Shown here: one piece after another, positions 28,994-35,905 of the stretch
Numbering within the stretch: the stretch's first letter is position 1
How the letters are laid out: every line of letters starts with the position of its first letter
UHGV virus genome: UHGV-0095987
Strand: one strand, 5' to 3'
DNA length: 35,905 nt
Source of the DNA: a virus
Position numbers and translations under genes: made by a program
The notes under the pieces: model-generated
Seen by the model: only the letters and a program-made list of their open reading frames with translations
Databases searched by the model: none
Told to the model about the DNA's origin: nothing

Positions 28994-29313
28994 TTTGCGG
29001 CCCTCAGAATAAATTCAGGATAAAATTTCAGACTCATTTGCCGTAACACATCCAGTGCAGCAACGGCTGCTGATTTATCGTTGCCATCAGCAATAGCGCG
29101 GAGATTTTCAATAATCCAGTGAGGACTCAGTGACTCAGCAATAATGCCAAACCGGTACGCCATGACCTCATCAATAGCTTTTTCATGAGACGTCTCATAT
29201 ACAAAATTCACAAAGTCATGCACTTCTTTTTTCGGCAAACCACCGGCAATCAGCAGGGCGGCAAGCTCTTCTGATTTTGAAAATACACCATTATTCATAT
29301 CACTCACCTTCAC
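28990..29313 (-). CDS. Early accessory protein, function unknown
   Basis: 107-aa ORF in the tightly packed early block. Confidence 0.5.
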   Translation of the reverse strand: MKVSDMNNGVFSKSEELAALLIAGGLPKKEVHDFVNFVYETSHEKAIDEVMAYRFGIIAESLSPHWIIENLRAIADGNDKSAAVAALDVLRQMSLKFYPEFILRAAK

Positions 29314-29482
29314 AATTCATGCACGCCGTGTCATCGCCCATATCGCAGTGGTTGCATTTCTGCCCGCCACAATGAGGGCACTCTTTCAGATATTCAGGGG
29401 ATTCATTACCGCAGGTCGGGCATTCCTGTTTCACCGTGGTAAATTTCCCCAGCCACGAATACGATGTTTCATTGTTTTCCAT
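29300..29482 (-). CDS. Early accessory zinc-ribbon protein
   Basis: 60 aa with CPTCG...CPHCG...CNHC...CMNC (four CxxC pairs). Confidence 0.5.
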   Translation of the reverse strand: MENNETSYSWLGKFTTVKQECPTCGNESPEYLKECPHCGGQKCNHCDMGDDTACMNCEGE

Positions 29483-29999
29483 TGTTTACCTCCGCCTGTT
29501 TTTGCGCCCGGATAAATTCGTCAGAAAGGATTTCAGTCATGCGGCCCTGTGCGGGAGTCATCCCTGTCATGACGTAAATCACATCACCAACACGGAACCA
29601 CCGGAGCGGGCCAAATATTGTTGCGCTGAAATCCAGTCCCAGTGCGGGTAAGAGAGCGTCAGTACGGGCATAAGTGACCGGAATATTCTCCTGCCATATT
29701 TTCGCCAGCTCTTTTGACTGCTCCCGCAGATGTGCAGGAATGCGCGATGTTCTTGGCCTGCAACTGTTACCTGATGCGGAGCGTTGTACAGTCCACAACT
29801 CCGGCGAGAAAGGTCGCTCATTCCCCGGAAAATTCACGCCATGAAAATGACGCCCACCAATACCTGTGCTGAATACTGACCGGCAACCACAACCCAGAAC
29901 CTTATCAAGATGGCGGGCTTCTTCGCGTAGTTTCAGGCAGTCCGCCATAAACTGGTCCCATGCCAGCAGTGCTGCGGGATTTGACGTTTTAAAAAACAT
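29469..29999 (-). CDS. Early accessory protein, function unknown
   Basis: About 176 aa from the internal ATG (MFFKTSNPAALL...) that overlaps the upstream stop; the ORF track extends to 30038. Confidence 0.5.
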   Translation of the reverse strand: MFFKTSNPAALLAWDQFMADCLKLREEARHLDKVLGCGCRSVFSTGIGGRHFHGVNFPGNERPFSPELWTVQRSASGNSCRPRTSRIPAHLREQSKELAKIWQENIPVTYARTDALLPALGLDFSATIFGPLRWFRVGDVIYVMTGMTPAQGRMTEILSDEFIRAQKQAEVNNGKQ

Positions 30000-30529
30000 C
30001 ACGCCACCTCCTGCACCGCTGCGGGAGCCGGAGAACAATCAAGAATGAGATAACGCAGTACATGGTCGGTGATATTCCAGGCGCTGGAACTGCAAATAAA
30101 ACGCCCCAGCCGGATATCGATATAAGCCATCACAAAACGGGGCATTCCCTGTTCGCACATTCTGTTGTCCACTTCTGCAACGATGTGAACGGATTCACAG
30201 GTCAGCACGCCTGTTGCAAATTCTTTTGCCAGTGCCGGAATGGCATTGCCTTCCAGCCAGGGCAATGGGCGGCGGAAGGAACACCACGCGGCATCATCAA
30301 CAGCAGACTGCTCAGTTGCGTTTCGTCTTACAGGCTGCTCTGTACGGGGACGCGGTACGTCGTAAAAACCATTAAGTTCAGTCAGCATTCCGGCATCAAC
30401 CGCATCACGCAGGAAGTACACCATTGCGGAGGATGGCATCTGCATTTTTTCAGCCAGAACCCCGCAGGTCAGGCGTCCGTAAGCCCGTAATAATGTGCTG
30501 ACACCATTCAGAATTTTTGCATCAACCAT
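29999..30529 (-). CDS. Early accessory protein, function unknown
   Basis: 176-aa ORF with GAGGAATAAA RBS; directly follows the AT-rich gap after gam. Confidence 0.5.
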   Translation of the reverse strand: MVDAKILNGVSTLLRAYGRLTCGVLAEKMQMPSSAMVYFLRDAVDAGMLTELNGFYDVPRPRTEQPVRRNATEQSAVDDAAWCSFRRPLPWLEGNAIPALAKEFATGVLTCESVHIVAEVDNRMCEQGMPRFVMAYIDIRLGRFICSSSAWNITDHVLRYLILDCSPAPAAVQEVA

Positions 30530-30627
30530 GTTTTATTCCTCAGTAATCTGTTTCAGGCGCGAGCAATTCCCTGACGCATCGCGCCATAATTAAAAGCATG
30601 TGAATTAATTAAATATTAATGGTGGTA

Positions 30628-31152
30628 TTAAATACCTGCTTCCTGTTCAAACGGAATAATGGAAAAATCTTCAATTCCCGATTTAACCGTAATTCCGGCA
30701 ACACCTGCGACGGCTTTTGGTTCCAGTAAAATCGCCTCCTTGTTGATTTCCTGCTTCGTGCGAATAAAGCGTTGCAGGCCAAGACGCTCCAGCGTTTCCA
30801 TTACGGCATCCACGCCGCGAATACTCACTGATGGCGGGCGTTGACGCCATGACACATCGCCGGTGACAAGATTTGCCGTCTTCACTTTGCCGCCGTTCGT
30901 CAGTTCGTCGCGGTTCGCTTCACACCATCCCTGAACGCCTTTTGAAAGGGTTTCAATATCGGTTTTAATCGGTGCAATCCGGGCCGCAAATTTCTCCGTA
31001 ATTTCCGCGATGGCATCATTCATTTCCGTTTCCAGACGTGATGCTTCGCGCTGTAAATCCCCGATGCGTTTAATATCGGTAATCACCGCATCGCGGTTTT
31101 GTGGCACATAAGCCGCTGCGGCACTTTTGATGCGTTTTGCTGGTTTAGCCAT
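30628..31152 (-). CDS. gam: Gam, DNA-end-binding host-nuclease inhibitor (Ku-like)
   Basis: 174 aa MAKPAKRIKSAAAAYVPQNRDAVITDIKRIGDLQREASRLE... recognised as Mu Gam. Confidence 0.9.
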   Translation of the reverse strand: MAKPAKRIKSAAAAYVPQNRDAVITDIKRIGDLQREASRLETEMNDAIAEITEKFAARIAPIKTDIETLSKGVQGWCEANRDELTNGGKVKTANLVTGDVSWRQRPPSVSIRGVDAVMETLERLGLQRFIRTKQEINKEAILLEPKAVAGVAGITVKSGIEDFSIIPFEQEAGI

Positions 31153-31171
31153 AAATTAAAGCTCCTGTTAA

Positions 31172-31471
31172 TTAATATCCGCTGTATACAATGCTGGATA
31201 CAGCACGATTGCTTAATTCCATTTTTCGGGCAATGACATGAATATCCAGCCCTTCTTTATAAAGTTCACGACACAAATATTTGTCGTGCTCACTGATTCG
31301 GTATACACACAATGATATTCCGTGCCTTCTGGCATGTGCCCGGAGGGCGGTTGTGGCGACTTTCAGTTTTTCCGCCATTTCTTCAACGGTCATTTTCCCG
31401 ACGTTGGCTTCGATAAATTCCCGGTCTTCGCGTGACCAGCGCTTACGATTACACTTCATGTCAGCCACCAT
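31172..31471 (-). CDS. Early accessory protein, function unknown
   Basis: 99-aa ORF immediately upstream of gam; basic N-terminus. Confidence 0.5.
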   Translation of the reverse strand: MVADMKCNRKRWSREDREFIEANVGKMTVEEMAEKLKVATTALRAHARRHGISLCVYRISEHDKYLCRELYKEGLDIHVIARKMELSNRAVSSIVYSGY

Positions 31472-31891
31472 TCAGTACAGCAGAGGCTCGCGCAGTGATG
31501 CCGGAATATGCCGCAGCGATAACTGAACTGCTTTCAGGGCAAGCGAGGAATAACAGCAGCGCGCCCAGCCTTTTGCCATTAACCGGTAATCGCGCCAGAT
31601 GCGCTGCCACATTTCACGGGCTTCAGGGTCTGATGCGCAGATGTATTCCCGGTCCATGACGTATTCCCATAAATCCGCATTGAACGCACCGCCAAATGCA
31701 ATGGCGCGGGATATGCTTTCGCCGCAATAACGCGCACAGATGCTGTAATGGTCGAAAGCAATCAGGTAAGTCTTTTCACCACAACCATCAACTTTCCGGG
31801 CGCAAATAAACTCGCGTAATTCACCACCGTTGTTATTGCGTTCCTGAATTCGGATTAATGCCTGAATTTCATTTCGGATTTTGACGTTCAT
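31472..31891 (-). CDS. Early accessory Cys-rich protein, function unknown
   Basis: 139 aa with 9 Cys and several Trp/Tyr; abuts the next gene with no gap. Confidence 0.5.
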   Translation of the reverse strand: MNVKIRNEIQALIRIQERNNNGGELREFICARKVDGCGEKTYLIAFDHYSICARYCGESISRAIAFGGAFNADLWEYVMDREYICASDPEAREMWQRIWRDYRLMAKGWARCCYSSLALKAVQLSLRHIPASLREPLLY

Positions 31892-31911
31892 TGTCAGCGC
31901 TCCTTTGCGAA

Positions 31912-32181
31912 TTAATGTCTGGCTGTATTCGGGTTATAGCTGAATAATTTCCCCTCAGCTTCCAGCCCAAGCTCCCTGGCTGATTTCAACAACTCCTCGG
32001 TCGCTTTTTTAATGATTTCAGGAGCCATGCTCTTGATGATGCCTGCCATTACGTCATGTGGCCCGGTCTGGTCCTCAGGTGAGGATTCTTCCAGTCGCAC
32101 ATTCATATTTACGGCAAAACCTCCATTTTCCTGAAACTCAATATTTTCTGTATTGTTAAGTTCAAAGATTACTTTCGCCAT
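31912..32181 (-). CDS. Early accessory protein, function unknown
   Basis: Start chosen at MAKVIFELNN, 7 nt after AGGT; the ORF track extends to 32325 but that would overlap the upstream ORF by about 130 nt. Confidence 0.45.
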   Translation of the reverse strand: MAKVIFELNNTENIEFQENGGFAVNMNVRLEESSPEDQTGPHDVMAGIIKSMAPEIIKKATEELLKSARELGLEAEGKLFSYNPNTARH

Positions 32182-32194
32182 TTTCATTACCTGC

Positions 32195-32407
32195 TTATTG
32201 ATTAACGGGTGTTGCATTTGTGATTTTGTTAAGTTCACAAAACACATCTTCTGCGTGATGATGGTTGCCGACATGAACGACCAGCCTGTGACCATCAATA
32301 AACTCAAAAGCAATACCGCCCTCAACAGTCGTTTCCATTACACTGACATTATCAAGGTTGATTAACCTACTGATTCCCAGATTATCGTGAATATTTATCA
32401 CCATCAT
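32195..32407 (-). CDS. Early accessory protein, function unknown
   Basis: 70-aa ORF directly after the kil-position gene. Confidence 0.4.
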   Translation of the reverse strand: MMVINIHDNLGISRLINLDNVSVMETTVEGGIAFEFIDGHRLVVHVGNHHHAEDVFCELNKITNATPVNQ

Positions 32408-32414
32408 TTAAATG

Positions 32415-32642
32415 CTATCTCCAGATAATCTGGCAACCATTAAGACGGGCCGTCCATACAGAACGGGCCACCCCGGACTTATGCTCCATAATTCTGACCG
32501 CGTTTTTTACCAGTTCCACCGGTGGGTAAGTGATTTCAAGAATCGGACGCGCCACGCCGAGATATGATTCATTTACATGACTCCCGCGCGCCTGTAACCA
32601 GTTCTGCGCATCCGTTGCCATTTTTATATTTCGGGCCATCAT
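32415..32642 (-). CDS. kil: Kil-like host-killing protein (first gene after B)
   Basis: 75-aa ORF 15 nt downstream of B, the position and size of Mu kil. Confidence 0.55.
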
Positions 32643-32657
32643 AATTTCTTCTCCTTC

Positions 32658-33596
32658 TTAATTACGCAGCAGCGTTGAAATATCAACGTCCAGGTCTAAT
32701 TCACGGAAAGCCTGACGCAGATAATCTTCGTTAACACGCTCACCTTTACCGTGAGCCGTCATGGCGGCAAGGCGAAGTGAATGATTCAGAATGCGAAGCG
32801 CACCTGGTTTCTGCGCAATCTGCTGTAATAACTCCAGTTCATTTTCGCCGTTAATCTGCCAGGCATCCGCAATAGCTTTTACATCGGCTTTTTTGGTTTT
32901 ATTAATTGCAGTGCGCTTTGCAATACGGGAAAACAGACGGGCAAATTCAACCGTTCTGTTACCCCCCGTCATATTTGAATAAACCCGGTGATTTCCCATC
33001 AGCACAAGGCCAGTGCGGGTTGATTCCTGTAACAGGCGGAGTTCTTCCAGAACTTCGGCACCAAGATGATCAGCTTCGTCGATGATAACCAGCCCCTGTG
33101 TACCTTCAAGGCGACGTCGCAGGGCACGGGAGAGTGGCCCTTTACGGCGTGGTGCGTCATTCATTCCCAGCTCAAACGCCAGTTCAGTAAGACATTCCAG
33201 AACGCTGGCACAGGATGGCGTAATGGTGATCATCCAGACATTGTTATTGGTGCGGCGATATTCACGGGCCGCTTCGGTTTTGCCCACACCAGGATTGCCA
33301 CATACAACAGCAATACTTTCAGTCAGGCTGGCAAAACGCATACTTGTCCAGATTTGTTTTACCGTCTGCGTTTCCACAAAGCGGGGCGGTTCAGGTAGTT
33401 CTGCCACTGCATGATATTTTTCCAGCCAGCGTTGCAGCATTTGTGAAACACGCTCGTTATCCCCGTTGTACTTATCATTGATAAAACTACTGATAGTTCC
33501 GGTAGAAAGTCCGCTCTCAAGAGCAATTTGTTTAAAGGTGGTTTCTTCATTTTCTACAAGCGTGCGCAGTCCTGCGCGAATATCGGAAATATTCAT
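32658..33596 (-). CDS. B: MuB, ATP-dependent target DNA activator
   Basis: 312 aa MNISDIRAGLRTLVENEETTFKQIA...; Walker A motif GNPGVGKT; directly downstream of A. Confidence 0.95.
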   Translation of the reverse strand: MNISDIRAGLRTLVENEETTFKQIALESGLSTGTISSFINDKYNGDNERVSQMLQRWLEKYHAVAELPEPPRFVETQTVKQIWTSMRFASLTESIAVVCGNPGVGKTEAAREYRRTNNNVWMITITPSCASVLECLTELAFELGMNDAPRRKGPLSRALRRRLEGTQGLVIIDEADHLGAEVLEELRLLQESTRTGLVLMGNHRVYSNMTGGNRTVEFARLFSRIAKRTAINKTKKADVKAIADAWQINGENELELLQQIAQKPGALRILNHSLRLAAMTAHGKGERVNEDYLRQAFRELDLDVDISTLLRN

Positions 33597-33634
33597 CTGA
33601 ATAACCTCGTAATTAAATTTTGTTTAAACGTTAA

Positions 33635-35626
33635 TTAAATGGCTTTTTTACGTCTGTTCTGTTCCAGAATATCCAGCGAATGATTCAGATATTCATCACG
33701 CTCAGTTTCGTATTCATCATCACGCTCCTGATTCTTCACCCGTTCCGTATTACCGGAAGGCCGGAAAATACCAACAATTCGTGATTCTGGTGCTGCTGGT
33801 TCGGCTATCTGCGGCAGCAGTTCAGCAACTTCCAGCGCGTCCATTTGTTTCTGCGCCTTAATGGCTGCTTTAGTTGCAGATTTCAGTTGTTTCTGGCGGC
33901 GGCGATATTCACGGCCTGCCGCAGCATCATTAAATGCAACAGGTGCCAGACATTCCGCTTCACAGATAAACCGACCGTCCAGGGTGTAGCAATAAACCGT
34001 GCTGTGTAACTGCTGTGGATCAAATCTGACCACAACTTTTTTCACTCCGGCATTCATTAACGCCATGTTGTAATAAACGTTTTTCGCGCCTTTAAGGGAG
34101 CCGCCAACTTTAAGCGCGAACTCGCCTTTACGTGAAACGTTCACCGCCTCGGCAGGCAGTAACAGCATCCGTTTTTGCTCTTCGGTAGGCTTACGCACAA
34201 TCGTTCTGGCGTATTCACGCTCAAAAACGTCATCAAACGAAAGTTTGCCTCCGCACATTTCTGTTTCACGGCCTGTTCTGGCATTGAACATCGCCACACC
34301 TTCGGCAAGGGTTTTCAGAAACAGCTCTGCATCAACAGCGCGGTCGCCATAGTTATCAGGTTTTGCCTGAGGATTTGGCCCCGTATATGCGCCAGCCAGT
34401 GCCGGATGCTTATCAACGTATTCCTCAAGCCCACCAACACCGAAAGCACGTTCAACAGGTTTTGCCTGGCCCCAGCCTTTACCGGCAACAACGCTTGTCC
34501 AGTGCATTTTCGCGCCCATCAGTAAAAACAGTCCCTTTGGATCGTCCTCTTTTACCTTAAAGCGGTAGCGATTGGGCGCGCCTCCCGTCAGCCATTTATT
34601 CGCTGCACCACGGGTGTTATCAATGGTGATGTGAAAATCCTCCGGGATACCGTAGCGAGTCACAACATCCATGAACGAGAGGCGAATTGAATCAATGTTC
34701 TCGCTCACATCGCAGCGCCAGCCCAGAATTTTTCGGGTTTTCACATCCTGCCAGAACCATGTTTTCGGGCGGATCACATCACCGTTAAACCAGCGTACAA
34801 AGACGTTATGCAGATAACCGTCGCCGTTGATCCACTGCATGGCGTCCAGGTGTTCCACAGTTCGCTGTTGTGCCGGTATCAGATGCATCAGTGCATGTTC
34901 ACCTTCACGGCAGGCAACAACCATTGCCTCGTCCAGTTGCTGAATCCGGCGAAAGGCCGTGGCACGGGAGGGAATACTCCAGCCATGCTCGCGGGCTGCC
35001 AGTTCCAGACGCTCATAACATTTGCGGAAGGCGGGTTTTTCTGGTCGCAGATAATCTGCAATCAGAAACTGCCAGGCATCCTCGTCAAATTCACTTTTGT
35101 GAACGTTGCGACGGGATGCACCACGTCCATCAACAAGCGCAGCCGCCCAGTCAGGCTTCGCAAACTTCTGTACCTGGTAATATTTGTCTCGCAAAGTGGA
35201 TGCGCTGACCTGGTAATGTCCTGCAACGGTCGCAAATGCCGTTTTCGTTGAAATCCCCTGGTTCAGCATTTCGTCTGCAGCCTGAACCGCAGGCAACCAT
35301 TTTTCAGCAAGTCTGCGCTGGGAATCGCTGGCGTTATCCCATTTGCTCCACAGTGCCTCACGATCATAATCATGGGCTTCCAGCGTGGGGCGGGCGATTT
35401 CAAAATACCCCTGGCTTGTTTCAATCTCTCCTTGTCTCAGCAATAACGCCGCTTTCGCTTCAACAGGTAAAGAGTTCGCATTGTATTCAATTGCTTTACC
35501 ACCTTTGACACCTGCTCTAGTGCGGTTTTGCCATCCTTGCTTTTTAGCAACATAAATCACACCAGCCGATGTTTTCGGCAAACCAGGAAGATTCGCACAC
35601 TCTTTCGGTGATACCCAAAGTTCCAT
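33635..35626 (-). CDS. A: MuA DDE transposase
   Basis: 663 aa from the ATG giving [35 protein letters not shown]...; the ORF track's upstream GTG at 35635 is itself part of the AGGTGA ribosome-binding site. Confidence 0.95.
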   Translation of the reverse strand: MELWVSPKECANLPGLPKTSAGVIYVAKKQGWQNRTRAGVKGGKAIEYNANSLPVEAKAALLLRQGEIETSQGYFEIARPTLEAHDYDREALWSKWDNASDSQRRLAEKWLPAVQAADEMLNQGISTKTAFATVAGHYQVSASTLRDKYYQVQKFAKPDWAAALVDGRGASRRNVHKSEFDEDAWQFLIADYLRPEKPAFRKCYERLELAAREHGWSIPSRATAFRRIQQLDEAMVVACREGEHALMHLIPAQQRTVEHLDAMQWINGDGYLHNVFVRWFNGDVIRPKTWFWQDVKTRKILGWRCDVSENIDSIRLSFMDVVTRYGIPEDFHITIDNTRGAANKWLTGGAPNRYRFKVKEDDPKGLFLLMGAKMHWTSVVAGKGWGQAKPVERAFGVGGLEEYVDKHPALAGAYTGPNPQAKPDNYGDRAVDAELFLKTLAEGVAMFNARTGRETEMCGGKLSFDDVFEREYARTIVRKPTEEQKRMLLLPAEAVNVSRKGEFALKVGGSLKGAKNVYYNMALMNAGVKKVVVRFDPQQLHSTVYCYTLDGRFICEAECLAPVAFNDAAAGREYRRRQKQLKSATKAAIKAQKQMDALEVAELLPQIAEPAAPESRIVGIFRPSGNTERVKNQERDDEYETERDEYLNHSLDILEQNRRKKAI

Positions 35627-35627
35627 G

Positions 35628-35855
35628 TTATTCACCTGCTTGATATCGGCTAGGCCAGATTACTTCCGGTTTAGTTTCTAAGGCGTTAGCAATAATCTGC
35701 TCACCCTTTGGCCAGTGTCGTTCTAGCGCATTAGCTAATGTAGTTGGCGCATAACCAAACTGCCGGGAAAGAGCTGATAAAGAGAGCTTTCTTTTCTTAA
35801 GTCCCGCAATCACATCCGCACGATGCCAATCACGGGCCTTTTCGTTGGAACACAT
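35628..35855 (-). CDS. ner: Ner, Cro-like early repressor
   Basis: 75 aa [60 protein letters not shown]...; AGGAGGG RBS; stop abuts the A start. Confidence 0.95.
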
Positions 35856-35905
35856 TTAAAAACCCTCCTAAGTTTTGTAATCTATAAAGTTAGCAATTTA
35901 ACTAA
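35856..35905 (-). promoter_or_regulatory. Truncated Pe early promoter / operator region
   Basis: AT-rich 50 bp upstream of ner (minus strand ttagttaaattgctaactttatagattacaaaacttaggagggttttt); the divergent c repressor gene and the rest of the operator lie beyond the window edge. Confidence 0.5.

Larger units (their letters stand above)
1..35905 (-). mobile_element. Transposable phage Mu / Mu-like prophage, near-complete genome in inverted orientation; window begins just downstream of mom and ends in the ner-c operator region
   Basis: Collinear set ner-A-B-kil...gam...gemA-mor-C-lys-terminase-portal-head-tail-baseplate-S-U-(U'-S')-gin-com-mom, all but S'/U' on the minus strand. N-termini of A ([18 protein letters not shown]), B, Ner, Gam, Mor, Gin recognised from memory. 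Confidence 0.9.

Noticed and set aside
35626-35635. ORF-track start codons for A (GTG 35635), gin (TTG 1587), terminase (23837) and several early genes
   Set aside because: These are longest-ORF extensions; internal starts with ribosome-binding sites and fewer overlaps were preferred.
1-35905. CRISPR arrays, tRNA or rRNA genes, integrase or att sites
   Set aside because: No regularly spaced direct repeats or tRNA-like structures were seen. Mu integrates by transposition and its ends are outside the window, so no att core is expected here.

Overview
The window is almost entirely one nearly complete genome of transposable phage Mu or a very close Mu-like prophage, lying inverted relative to the conventional Mu map. 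I identified it by recognising protein sequences from memory and by gene order; no database search was possible. Reading from high to low coordinates on the minus strand: Pe/ner operator edge, ner, transposase A, B, a block of about 11 small early accessory genes (including kil and gam), gemA, mor, the early terminator, the middle operon ending in C, the lysis cassette (SAR endolysin, overlapping spanins, releasin-like gene), terminase, portal, head, tail and baseplate genes, tail fibre S/U, the invertible G segment with gix repeats and silent S'/U', gin, then com and mom. The c repressor and both att ends lie outside the window. The candidate novelties are a plus-strand 88-aa ORF with a strong ribosome-binding site in the only large gap of the early operon (28417-28690), the uncharacterised early accessory genes, and small membrane ORFs beside a lysis cassette with no obvious holin. 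Hand-derived coordinates may be off by 1 nt; the ORF track's longest-ORF starts were trimmed where an internal start fitted better.
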